Origin: an uncultured Bacilli bacterium
GTDB lineage: Bacteria; Bacillota_I; Bacilli_A; RF39; UBA660
Direction: 5' to 3'
NCBI GenBank assembly: GCA_944359065.1
Contig: CALVSP010000001.1
Coordinates: 4,314-68,313, forward strand
DNA length: 64,000 nt
The notes beneath the pieces are model-generated. The model ran no database searches. It had not been told where the DNA came from and saw only the letters and a program-made list of their open reading frames with translations. The position numbers and the translations under genes are program-made. How positions within the stretch are numbered: position 1 is the first letter of the stretch; each line of letters begins with the position of its first letter. Below are positions 30,479 to 40,295 of the stretch, piece by piece.

Positions 30479-31174
30479 TTAATTTTCTACGTACTCTGAA
30501 TTGAAATCCATATAAACAGAGAATTCGCCACCTAAGATATCATCTGTACATTCAGGATCACTACCCTCAACCCAAATGACAATTGTATATTTATCGATAT
30601 CTCCAGGTTTGAAATTATCAACTTTATTACGAGCAACTAATTTTTCTTCTTCAAATGGAATAGTATCTGGCTCATTTCTTCCATTAGAAGCTTTCTTAGC
30701 GTACGTAACAGGTTGTCCATTTCGATAGACTCTAATTCTTACAGCACTGTCGATTTTTTTGATAACATCTGTGATAAAAAGTTCACTCCAATAGCTTGTA
30801 ATTTCATATCCAACATTCTCAACAAAAAATGTATAAGCAAGGTATTCAGAACCATTATGAGAACCACCAGTAGAATCATCTAAATTATCGGGTAACCAAT
30901 TACCAGATATATTAGTGAATGTTTTAGGCGAAGCAACTGATAATTCTGCTTGATACACTTTATAATTAGGATCATCGTAAATGATAATACCTCTACTAAA
31001 GTATAAGTTTTTATCCAGTGTTATACTAAAATTACCACTATTATAAATAATACCTATAACTAAATACAAAAGAATAAATAGGAAAAGAAATATTAATAAA
31101 GCTATTCTAAAGATCTTTTTAAGTTTTTTTTCATTTTTGATTTTCTTTGAACTAAGCTTAATCTTATCTTCCAT
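30479..31174 (-). CDS. membrane-anchored 231-aa paralogue (N-terminal TM, no obvious cleavage motif) sharing the C-terminal W[IV]EG.D motif; first gene of cassette 1
   Basis: KKLKKIFRIALLIFLFLFILLYLVIGIIYNSGNFSITLDKN ... KYTIVIWVEGSDPECTDDILGGEFSVYMDF. About 60% identical to 40285..40977. Confidence 0.55.
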   Translation of the reverse strand: MEDKIKLSSKKIKNEKKLKKIFRIALLIFLFLFILLYLVIGIIYNSGNFSITLDKNLYFSRGIIIYDDPNYKVYQAELSVASPKTFTNISGNWLPDNLDDSTGGSHNGSEYLAYTFFVENVGYEITSYWSELFITDVIKKIDSAVRIRVYRNGQPVTYAKKASNGRNEPDTIPFEEEKLVARNKVDNFKPGDIDKYTIVIWVEGSDPECTDDILGGEFSVYMDFNSEYVEN

Positions 31175-31239
31175 AACTCTACCCCTTCATATTACCCTAT
31201 AAACTAGGGTCACTATGATATTCTTTACAATACAATATA

Positions 31240-31267
31240 ATTATAACATACATATTTTTTTTGTCAA
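31240..31267 (-). promoter_or_regulatory. consensus sigma-A promoter (TTGACA-16-TATAAT on the minus strand) driving cassette 1
   Basis: The minus strand reads ttgaca aaaaaaatatgtatgt tataat. ATTGTCGA direct repeats lie further upstream at 31273..31290. Duplicated at 41031..41058. Confidence 0.6.
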
Positions 31268-31477
31268 TATAATATGTCGATAATTGTCGAATTTAATTTT
31301 ACTTTGTTTTTCTTTATTTTACAATAGTTTTTTGTCAATCATTTACACTATTTCGTTATTTTTGTTAAATATTTTACACATATTGACATATATAAAATCA
31401 CATTTTACACTTTTATGTTGATTTTTTACACATATATATGTATAATAAAGATGTAAAAGAAGAAAGAAGGGTTTTAA

Positions 31478-32089
31478 ATGGCAATGAAATTTAAAATATT
31501 GTTAGTTATTAGTTCTTTGGCATTAACATTAAGTTTGATGAGTAATACTTATTCAAGATATGTTGCTGATGTTGATAGCAATATTGATTTGTTATTCGCT
31601 AAGTGGCAAATTTTAGTTAATGAAAATGATATTACCAATAATACTACAACTTCTATCAATATTACTCCAGTTATGGAAGAAAATGTTAACGTTGCTGAAA
31701 ACACCGTTGCTCCTTCTTCTAAAGGTTATTTTGATATTGACATTGATCCATCTAATGCTGGTGTATCATTTGATTATTCAATCAATTTAAACATTGAAGA
31801 TGAAAATATGCCTGATTTAATGATTAGTAAATATGCAGTTTTAGATAAAGATTATAATGAAGGAGATCAAATAACTACAACCACTATTTTAAATAATACA
31901 ATAGATGGAACTGTTGATTATAACGCTACTACACATGAACCATTTACAGTAAGAGTTTTCTTTGAATGGTATGAAGGTGTTGATGAAAAAATGGATGATG
32001 AAGCTGATACAAATATAGGTTATGAAGCAGCATTAAATAATAAATCATTACTAGTAAACGCATCAATTAGTTTCAATCAAAAAATTTAA
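31478..32089 (+). CDS. TasA/camelysin-sized secreted protein with SipW-cognate signal (MSNTYSRYVADVDSN)
   Basis: 203 aa. It has its own promoter (ttgatt-17-tataat at 31418..31446) and is divergent from cassette 1. Confidence 0.55.
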   Translation: MAMKFKILLVISSLALTLSLMSNTYSRYVADVDSNIDLLFAKWQILVNENDITNNTTTSINITPVMEENVNVAENTVAPSSKGYFDIDIDPSNAGVSFDYSINLNIEDENMPDLMISKYAVLDKDYNEGDQITTTTILNNTIDGTVDYNATTHEPFTVRVFFEWYEGVDEKMDDEADTNIGYEAALNNKSLLVNASISFNQKI

Positions 32090-32155
32090 GAGATTTTTTA
32101 AAATCTCTTTTTTAATATATTTATATATTAAAAAAACACAATTTTTTATTGTGTT

Positions 32156-32689
32156 TTATTCTTCTACATCTACTTCATCACCATATTTAATTTCAACTAT
32201 TAATGCATATAATTCATAAATAAAGATTAAGAAACAAGGTACTAATACGATAAATAAGAAGCCCCATTGTGATTCGATAATTCCTAACACTCCTCCAATA
32301 TCATTATATACTTTAGTAGGTCTACCAATTAAATATTTGATTGAATATGTTTCACCATTTTCTAATGTAAGATAATCATCCATAACTTCTCCAACTTTAC
32401 CAATATTGATATCAGCAGTTTTAGACATCTTATCGACTTTATAAACGAATACTTCTTCACCTTTTTGTAAATTTTCTGGTGCAGCTTCTTCAACTAAAAC
32501 TAAATCACCTTTTTGATATTCTTCATGACTTACCTTATCTTTTAAAATTACTAATGAAGTTTCACCAAATACTGTTACACGATAATCATTGAAATTCAAA
32601 AGTAAAATTGTCATAAATAATGCAAAGGTAAAATAAACAATTCCTAATGTTACTAATAATACTTTCTTAATTTTTTTTAAAACTTTCAT
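32156..32689 (-). CDS. SipW-like topology protein (N- and C-terminal TM helices flanking a beta-rich domain) lacking recognisable catalytic Ser and His; candidate inactive signal-peptidase paralogue
   Basis: 177 aa. TM1 VLLVTLGIVYFTFALFMTILLL. The domain contains KGDLVLV and EVFVYKV. TM2 FLFIVLVPCFLIFIYELYALIV. No GSM or THRV motif. Confidence 0.35.
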   Translation of the reverse strand: MKVLKKIKKVLLVTLGIVYFTFALFMTILLLNFNDYRVTVFGETSLVILKDKVSHEEYQKGDLVLVEEAAPENLQKGEEVFVYKVDKMSKTADINIGKVGEVMDDYLTLENGETYSIKYLIGRPTKVYNDIGGVLGIIESQWGFLFIVLVPCFLIFIYELYALIVEIKYGDEVDVEE

Positions 32690-32698
32690 ACTTCCTCC

Positions 32699-33556
32699 TT
32701 AATTACATTCTACTTCTAATAAAGAAAATTCATTTATATCATAAGTAGCTGCTTTATCTACTTTATAAAATATATAACTTAAATTATCCTTACTAGGTAT
32801 TTCTAAAATTATTTCATTAATATAACCATCTGTCATATTATAGTTTGTTATATTTTCATTATCAATTCTTAATTTATTAGCATCCCAATTTATTTTGACA
32901 CATTTTTTAGTATCAGAAGAATTAGTTACTGTTAATCTATCATAATTAGAAAATGATTGATATAGCATATCTGTTTTTTCTATTAAGTTTTTATCCTTTT
33001 TAAGAATAAATGTACCAGTTAATTTTTTTTCATATGGTTCAGTAGTAACAACTTCAATATTAGCAGTTACATTATCATTTTCTACATCAAAATATATATC
33101 TGAAGTTGCTTTTTGAATAACCCAATCGTAACCTTTTACTTCACAAGTTGCTTTATCAAAATCAGTTGTATCGACACCATCATTTGTATTATTTACGCAA
33201 CTATTATAACTAGACAATGTTCCATAATAAACATTCGAATCAGTTCCATTGATTTTACAATCACTACCATCATCTAATGTACAAGTTACTTTATATTTTA
33301 TATCATAATCAGTAACTAAAGCATCGTTGATATTATTTTTTAAATTGAAATGAATACTTGTTCCATCCCAAACATTATTAACATTTTTTACATTGTTCCC
33401 TAATTGATCACTACTTAAATAAAATCCTTGAGAATTTAAATAATAATTCCAAACTGTATTAGATACATATTTTGCTAAGGTAAAACCATTAGTAATAAGT
33501 AATATTGTACCTAAAAATATAACAATCATTATTAAATATTTGCGCATTTTAATCAC
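32699..33556 (-). CDS. secreted protein with SipW-cognate-like signal (NGFTLAKYVSNT)
   Basis: 285 aa. Overlaps the upstream gene by 8 nt. Confidence 0.5.
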   Translation of the reverse strand: MIKMRKYLIMIVIFLGTILLITNGFTLAKYVSNTVWNYYLNSQGFYLSSDQLGNNVKNVNNVWDGTSIHFNLKNNINDALVTDYDIKYKVTCTLDDGSDCKINGTDSNVYYGTLSSYNSCVNNTNDGVDTTDFDKATCEVKGYDWVIQKATSDIYFDVENDNVTANIEVVTTEPYEKKLTGTFILKKDKNLIEKTDMLYQSFSNYDRLTVTNSSDTKKCVKINWDANKLRIDNENITNYNMTDGYINEIILEIPSKDNLSYIFYKVDKAATYDINEFSLLEVECN

Positions 33557-34085
33557 CTAACTTCTGCCAACTATTTATTTCCACATCAATGAAATCTGCT
33601 AAATTTGTATATTCTAATGAATTATACTCACTAGGGAAAGTTACTTTTAATTTATAATTATCTAACGTTTCATTTGTATGTTCTAGTGTTTGAATTGAAG
33701 AATTACATACCAATTCATTTTTTTCATTTCTTGAATAAGTCTCATCACATTTCATTATTAATTCTTCCGTTTCCCCTACTTTATATAATTCAATATCTAA
33801 AGGCATAAAATGAAATGTTTTAATAGTAATTTGATATTCAACTGTTACATTACTTAATTCATTATCCTTATTAGCAACTGAAAATAAATACTCTTCATTA
33901 CTACCAGGATTTAAATTACTTAAATTTAACTCTAAATGATCTAATTGTTTACTTTCAAATACAAATTTAGCGATTTTTTGATCTACTTTTATATTACTGT
34001 TAGAATTAAACATTGAATATGTAACACCAGTACCTAAAAATATAGTTATTAAAATAAATAAAATTATCAATACTTTATGTTTCAT
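33549..34085 (-). CDS. TasA/camelysin-sized secreted protein with SipW-cognate signal (GTGVTYSMFNSNSN)
   Basis: 178 aa. Lies 10 bp downstream of the 1109-aa gene. Confidence 0.55.
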   Translation of the reverse strand: MKHKVLIILFILITIFLGTGVTYSMFNSNSNIKVDQKIAKFVFESKQLDHLELNLSNLNPGSNEEYLFSVANKDNELSNVTVEYQITIKTFHFMPLDIELYKVGETEELIMKCDETYSRNEKNELVCNSSIQTLEHTNETLDNYKLKVTFPSEYNSLEYTNLADFIDVEINSWQKLGD

Positions 34086-34094
34086 AACACCCTC

Positions 34095-37000
34095 CTATCT
34101 AACAATAAATTTCTTTTCGATTGTTCCTATTTTAGTTGTACCATCGTATAATTCAATTACAAATTTGTAACCACCTAACATATTTTTAAGTTCTAATTTA
34201 TTAGGTAATTCATAAATATTATCAGTTATTTTATTTAACTGTGTAGTAGTGTAATTATTTAAATCAACTAGTGAATAATCTTGATTATAGGCTGATAAAA
34301 CTTGTTTTTTATATAATGAAATTCTAACAATTGGATTAGTAAAATTACCAGTTTTAATTACATCAAAATTAATTATATTGTCTGTTATAACATTATTAAA
34401 TGATACATCAAATCCATAATCAATTGTAACGTTGTTAGTTACGGTTATAGGAATAGTTATTTCATTACTATATGTATTAGCATATTTTCCATCATAAGAT
34501 GCAAGTGCTTTTATTTTAAAATAATAAGTTCCTGTTTCTAATTTACTATTATCAACTGAAGTAGTTATTTCTAAATTACCAATATCAGGTATTCTAACTA
34601 TACCATCATTACTTGGTGAATATTCTTTTCCATTTACTTTAAATGTTAAATTTTTTAAGTATTCCTTATTTACTATATTTCCATTTTTATCAACTAATCT
34701 AATATTTAATCCCATTATTTTATCTTCATATGTTGTATCATTTATTTGATTACCATTTATAAAATCATATACTAAATTACTTGTAATATCAATTGTATTA
34801 ATAGAATCACTATTATAAATAATTGTGTCGCTATAATTAGAACTAATATTTATACTAGCACTACTTTCATAAATATTAAATGGTTTTAAAGTAGTTGTTA
34901 AAGTTTTAATTACACTATCTTGATTATTTAATTCCATAGTTATTTTAATATCTTCAACATTAGTTATATCAGTATTCTTAAAATCTAAAACAATAGTAAA
35001 ATTTTCATTTATTTGATTTGTGTAATTATCTTCATTAAATAAATTATCACTACCTACTTCTTTAAATAAAGTTAAATTATAAATTGTATCTTGTTTATCA
35101 ACTGTATATGTATATACTTTATTTTGATTATTATCAATTAAAGTTATTTTTGTATTAAGTGGTAAAGAAGTATTAGATACAATACTATGTATTTTTCCTT
35201 CATTATAATCATAACTTGATTGATAACTTACATTTAAAGTTATAGATGATTTATTTGTTATATAATTTGTAGTAAAGTTATTATTTCTACCAGCATTTAA
35301 ACTATCAACACTATAGCCATCAAATATTATATATTCACTATTAACATAAGTAACATAATCAGCATTATCAATTACTTTAACATATAAAATATAAGTACCT
35401 TTATTATCAATTGTTATTTTATCATTATAAGTATTCCAACTAATACTTTCTAATTTATCTTCAGTTATTATTTCATTAGATAAATAATATTCCACACTTT
35501 TAATACCAGATAAATTATCAATAGCAGTTATTGTTAAATCGGTATTTTCATTTATATAATTTTTAATAGTTGGATTATTTAATTTATTCCAAGTTTTATC
35601 ATTCATATTAATAGTAACTTCAGAACCAGATAAATCTACTATAATTAAATCAGAGTTTAAATAATAGATATTATCATTATTATCAACTACTTTAGCATAT
35701 ATAACATATTTACCTTCATTATTTAATTCAGCTATATTTTCATAATTAATAAAAGTTAAATTTTGTATTTCTTCTTTTGTTAATTCTTTATCACTAATAT
35801 AATAACTAACTTCTTTAAATGGTCTCAATGGATCAATTTGTTCAATACTAAATGCTGTTGCTTTATTAAATTTAATTGAATTTAATTCATATCCTAAATT
35901 ATTCCATGAATATGTTCCAACATGAATATTAGCAATTGGATTATTTATATCATCAGTAGCTAAAATAGGAAAACTTCCTTCTTCATAAACCCAAACATTT
36001 TCTACATTATTAGCTAAATCTGTACTGTCAATAAATTCATTAAATTGCAAATTATTGATAACAAAATCTTTATCTTTTAAATTATTAACATCTGTTAATG
36101 TAACACTACCAAATATACTTCCTTCATTTGTTACATTACCATCAGTATAATAAGAGTTTTTAAAACTAACAACACTACTTATAATAGAATTTACTAAATA
36201 TGTTGTCTCGGTAGCAAAAGAATTATTAATAGTTAAATTACCATTTGTAACATTATTAATTAAGTGAGTAACATTACCTGTACTATAAATTTTGTTTAGT
36301 GTTCCTTTACCATGAAGTTTATTAATTAATCCAGATGTTTTATCACCTGATAATGTTCCATTATTATATGATTTATTAATTGTAATATCATTAGTATATC
36401 CTACTAAACCAACACTATTTTTACCTATAACATTAGATTTATTAATAACATTACTTAAAGTAATTTTATCTGCCTTAGCAACTATTCCACTACTAATACC
36501 ATAATTATAAGTTACATCATAAGTTAAATTATCTAAAGTTATACTAGTATCTATAACTATTTTACTAATATTTCCCAAGTCAAGACTAAAATCACCAGTT
36601 ACTTGATTATTATTAATTTTTATTTTATTTTCACCAATATTACCTTTAATTGTAACATTAGTTATATCACCTTTTATATAAGGAATCATTACATTAGAAA
36701 AATTAGAAATTGTAGGAACATTAAATGTTTCTGTTTTAGATAATTCTTCATTAGTACCAACAACATAACCATTATATAAAACATTAGTTATATTAGAATT
36801 AGTAGCACTAGAAGCAATTCCAGCAGTAATATTACCACCATAAACCATTGAATTTTCAACATATAAATTACTTACATTGCCACTTAAATTAGTAAATAAA
36901 CCTACTTCTTCATTTTCACTAGAAATATATAAACCATATATTCTAAAATAATTACCATCTAAATTACCTTTAAAATTATTTAAAGATTCAAATAAATTGA

Positions 37001-37424
37001 TATTTTTTATTTTAGTACCAGTTTTATCTACATTATCATATATTTCATTAGTATTCTCTTTTACATAAAATGTCGTATTATTTAATTTATATTTAATACC
37101 TTCTTCATCATAACTAAAAATGCCATCATTTAAAACAATATCCTTATTTAATTCAAAATATGTATCAGCATAATCAGTAGTCTCTAACATTTGCGCAAAA
37201 TAAGCCAATTCGTTACCATTAGAAATAATATAGGGGTCTTCTAAAGTACCACTACCACTTCGATAACTAGTAGCGACATTTCCATCCCAAACATCAATTT
37301 CTTTAATAGTATTCCTGTTTTTATAGCGCGCTAAACTAGGTATCATAATAGAACAAACTAATATTAAACATAAAATTAAAATTAAATAATTCTGCTTAGG
37401 TATTCTTTTCAACAAATCTTTCAT
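34095..37424 (-). CDS. large (1109 aa) secreted repeat protein, probably a beta-helix / GLUG-like N-domain followed by Ig-like repeats, with SipW-cognate-like signal (PSLARYKNRN)
   Basis: After the signal comes GSGTLEDPYIISNGNELAYFAQML, which is typical of Firmicute beta-helix surface proteins. Highly N/T/S-rich repetitive sequence. Own promoter with extended -10 (tgttataat) at about 37450. Confidence 0.5.
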   Translation of the reverse strand: MKDLLKRIPKQNYLILILCLILVCSIMIPSLARYKNRNTIKEIDVWDGNVATSYRSGSGTLEDPYIISNGNELAYFAQMLETTDYADTYFELNKDIVLNDGIFSYDEEGIKYKLNNTTFYVKENTNEIYDNVDKTGTKIKNINLFESLNNFKGNLDGNYFRIYGLYISSENEEVGLFTNLSGNVSNLYVENSMVYGGNITAGIASSATNSNITNVLYNGYVVGTNEELSKTETFNVPTISNFSNVMIPYIKGDITNVTIKGNIGENKIKINNNQVTGDFSLDLGNISKIVIDTSITLDNLTYDVTYNYGISSGIVAKADKITLSNVINKSNVIGKNSVGLVGYTNDITINKSYNNGTLSGDKTSGLINKLHGKGTLNKIYSTGNVTHLINNVTNGNLTINNSFATETTYLVNSIISSVVSFKNSYYTDGNVTNEGSIFGSVTLTDVNNLKDKDFVINNLQFNEFIDSTDLANNVENVWVYEEGSFPILATDDINNPIANIHVGTYSWNNLGYELNSIKFNKATAFSIEQIDPLRPFKEVSYYISDKELTKEEIQNLTFINYENIAELNNEGKYVIYAKVVDNNDNIYYLNSDLIIVDLSGSEVTINMNDKTWNKLNNPTIKNYINENTDLTITAIDNLSGIKSVEYYLSNEIITEDKLESISWNTYNDKITIDNKGTYILYVKVIDNADYVTYVNSEYIIFDGYSVDSLNAGRNNNFTTNYITNKSSITLNVSYQSSYDYNEGKIHSIVSNTSLPLNTKITLIDNNQNKVYTYTVDKQDTIYNLTLFKEVGSDNLFNEDNYTNQINENFTIVLDFKNTDITNVEDIKITMELNNQDSVIKTLTTTLKPFNIYESSASINISSNYSDTIIYNSDSINTIDITSNLVYDFINGNQINDTTYEDKIMGLNIRLVDKNGNIVNKEYLKNLTFKVNGKEYSPSNDGIVRIPDIGNLEITTSVDNSKLETGTYYFKIKALASYDGKYANTYSNEITIPITVTNNVTIDYGFDVSFNNVITDNIINFDVIKTGNFTNPIVRISLYKKQVLSAYNQDYSLVDLNNYTTTQLNKITDNIYELPNKLELKNMLGGYKFVIELYDGTTKIGTIEKKFIVR

Positions 37425-37510
37425 AAATATCTTCCTTTACCACTTATTTATTCTTTAACTTTTCTACCTTATATCAATTATAACATAATTCGACATCTTT
37501 TGCACTACAT

Positions 37511-37545
37511 TTCAAAAAAAATATCACACAAATTGTGTGATATTT
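37511..37545 (-). terminator. rho-independent terminator ending the cassette-2 transcript
   Basis: Perfect inverted repeat atatcacacaa/ttgtgtgatat, followed on the minus strand by an 8-T run. Confidence 0.55.
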
Positions 37546-37549
37546 TAAA

Positions 37550-38866
37550 TTATTCATTTGTTGTTGGAACATCTGGTCCATCATAATCAGGGAAATCTGA
37601 TTGATTGTATCTTTCTTTAGTGAATCCGAAGTTAATAGTAATTTTCTTTCCTAAAGATGCGAAATCATAGTTATCAATATCTTGTCCTTCAATCCATACA
37701 TAAACTCTTAATTTAGTAATACTATTTGGAGCTAATGTCATAAATTGTGGACGATCTTTACCAGCAACATTTTTCATTGTATCAGTAAAATATGGGAATT
37801 CGATTAATTTCATTGCACCTTTTTGTCCTGGTTGTGTTCCTTCTGCAGCAGCATTGTATTCTGCTAATGTATTAGTATTAGCTGTATATTTATTATAAGC
37901 AGTACCATCATAAATATTAACATTATCATCAACACCAATTGTTCTACTAATAGCATATGTTGGATAAGCAGTTGTTGTATTTAATGTTTTACATGGTGTA
38001 GCATCAGTATAAGATGCACTTGAATTAACATCTGAACCAGTTCTTTCTAAACAAGATTCATTATACCAATTAATAGCATTTTGTACGTGTTTAGTATCAT
38101 TTGGTTCCCAAATTTGAGCATCTCTACAAATACCTGTAACATGTTTTGGTTCATCTGCATCATCTGCACTACTAGCACAAGTCATACTTGTTACTAATTT
38201 TTGATTTTCTGGTACATCTGTATCTAGAGCAGCACTTACACGTCCTAATTGAACAAATCCAACTCTTACTGAATTTTCAATACCAGCTTTACCTTCACCA
38301 TCTAAAGCAACTGTAACAGCTGAATTAGTATTTAAATAAATTGCTTCTTCATTTAAAACATTATTTTCTGGATAATAAGGATTTCCTGATAAGTTCTTAA
38401 CAAATAAGTCAAATGCTATATATCCATCACCTTCAACATATTCTTTTGAACTAGTTGATCCACCTACTTGTTTAGTATGATTATCAACTTGACTAGATAA
38501 TAATCTATAACCACCAGTAACAGCAGTTAAACTTCCTTTTTCATATAACTTCATTCTTGATGAAGTTGCATCCATTTCACCAATTGAAGACATTGGAATT
38601 AAACCTTGTTTAGGTTGATCTAACCATTGATTTGCATTTCCATCATAAGCATGGGCAGTTTTTGCATCTAATGTATAAACCCAATCTTTTCCATCCATTG
38701 ATAAGAATAAACCTTCGGTTGTTGCAATATTAATATCGAATTCTGTTACATTAACAGTTTTCATACCTATAAACCATGCATAAGTTGAAACTGATAATAA
38801 AATAGCACATAAAGCACAAAGAGTAATCAGATTTCTTACTTTTTGATTTTTCTTTCTTCTTTTCAT
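37550..38866 (-). CDS. secreted protein, SipW-cognate signal; paralogue of 27845..29146
   Basis: 438 aa. STYAWFIGMKTVNVTEFDINIATTEGLFLSMDG. C-terminus identical in motif (RVYVWIEGQDIDNYDFASLGKKITINFGFTKERY). Confidence 0.55.
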   Translation of the reverse strand: MKRRKKNQKVRNLITLCALCAILLSVSTYAWFIGMKTVNVTEFDINIATTEGLFLSMDGKDWVYTLDAKTAHAYDGNANQWLDQPKQGLIPMSSIGEMDATSSRMKLYEKGSLTAVTGGYRLLSSQVDNHTKQVGGSTSSKEYVEGDGYIAFDLFVKNLSGNPYYPENNVLNEEAIYLNTNSAVTVALDGEGKAGIENSVRVGFVQLGRVSAALDTDVPENQKLVTSMTCASSADDADEPKHVTGICRDAQIWEPNDTKHVQNAINWYNESCLERTGSDVNSSASYTDATPCKTLNTTTAYPTYAISRTIGVDDNVNIYDGTAYNKYTANTNTLAEYNAAAEGTQPGQKGAMKLIEFPYFTDTMKNVAGKDRPQFMTLAPNSITKLRVYVWIEGQDIDNYDFASLGKKITINFGFTKERYNQSDFPDYDGPDVPTTNE

Positions 38867-38876
38867 TTTATACCTC

Positions 38877-40295
38877 CTAATTTATTGTCCATATATCATC
38901 TACTCGCGTAGCTGTTTTTTTAACTCCACCATCTTTAAATGTAAATTTAGTCATCCAATTTGGTAAAGTAAATTCCTTTTTGTCATTATCATAAGTAATT
39001 TTTGAATTTGAAATATCAGTTATTTCACCAGTATTAACATAAGATACTGTTTGGTCTCTAACTACATCATCTGGTAATTCTGGATCACCATCATAATCGA
39101 TATCTTCTCCATAGAATCTTTCTTTAGTAAATCCAAATGATACAGAGATCTTTCTTCCTAACGAAGCAAAATCATAGTTGTCTATATCTTGTCCTTCTAT
39201 ATAAATATAGATTCTTACCTTAGTAATACTATTTGGAGCAAGTGTTATAAAATCAGGTCTATTAACTCCTTCATTAAATTTATCAGTATCAGTAAAGTAA
39301 TCTACTTTGTATAGTTTACCTTTTTGATATGAACTCGCTATTGATTTGGTATAGCCATTATATTCTTTACCATCATACACATCAACTTGATCTGTATAAT
39401 CAATAACACCACTTACAGCATAAGTTGGATAATAAACTCCATCTTTAATAGTTTTACAAGGTCCACTAAATGAAGCAGGATTAGTTATATCACTGCCAAT
39501 TCTTTTACGACATGATGTTGTATACCAACTAATAGCATTAGTAACATGTTTAGTGTCATTAGGTTCCCAAATTTGAGCATCCCTATCAGCACATATACCA
39601 GTAACATCATCATTTGATTTACAAGTAATGCCTGTAATTACATCAACATCATCTTCTACTGCTATAACACGTCCGATTTGTGCAAAAGCTACTCTTACCG
39701 AATTTTCAATACCAGCCTTTATTTCTCCATCTTCAGCAACTTTTACTTCTGATTCTGGATCTAAATAAATTGCCTCTTCGTTTTTTGGATTTAATTCTTT
39801 ATAGTATGCATGACCTGATTTATTTTTAATAAATAAATCGAACGCAACATATCCATCAACCTCTTTAGCGCCAGTATTTTCTACTCTTTCAGCCATTACA
39901 CGATAACCACCAGGTGATGCTGTAAAACTTCCTTTTTCATACATTATAAGTCTTGATGAGCCAGTATCAATCTTACCAACTGATGAAACAGGAACTAATC
40001 CTTTGCCACCCCAACTGTTAGTGTTTCCAGGATAACTTACAGTTTTATGATTTTTTTCATTAATAGTTACTGTTGTTTCCCAATTTTCTCCATCTAATGA
40101 TAATAATAAACTATCAATAGCAGCAATGGAAACATCAAAACTAGAAACATTAACAACCTTCATACCAATAAACCATGCATAAGTTGAAACGGTTAGAATA
40201 ATCGTACATAAAACAGCAGCAACAAGTAATTTTTTTACTCTTGTTTCATGTTTTTTCTTACGTCTTCTCATAATCCCTTCTTTCTTATTCTGCAT
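38877..40295 (-). CDS. secreted protein, SipW-cognate signal; paralogue of 29215..30459 with an extra C-terminal extension of about 60 aa
   Basis: 472 aa. STYAWFIGMKVVNVSSFDVSIAAIDSLLLSLDG. Confidence 0.55.
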   Translation of the reverse strand: MQNKKEGIMRRRKKKHETRVKKLLVAAVLCTIILTVSTYAWFIGMKVVNVSSFDVSIAAIDSLLLSLDGENWETTVTINEKNHKTVSYPGNTNSWGGKGLVPVSSVGKIDTGSSRLIMYEKGSFTASPGGYRVMAERVENTGAKEVDGYVAFDLFIKNKSGHAYYKELNPKNEEAIYLDPESEVKVAEDGEIKAGIENSVRVAFAQIGRVIAVEDDVDVITGITCKSNDDVTGICADRDAQIWEPNDTKHVTNAISWYTTSCRKRIGSDITNPASFSGPCKTIKDGVYYPTYAVSGVIDYTDQVDVYDGKEYNGYTKSIASSYQKGKLYKVDYFTDTDKFNEGVNRPDFITLAPNSITKVRIYIYIEGQDIDNYDFASLGRKISVSFGFTKERFYGEDIDYDGDPELPDDVVRDQTVSYVNTGEITDISNSKITYDNDKKEFTLPNWMTKFTFKDGGVKKTATRVDDIWTIN

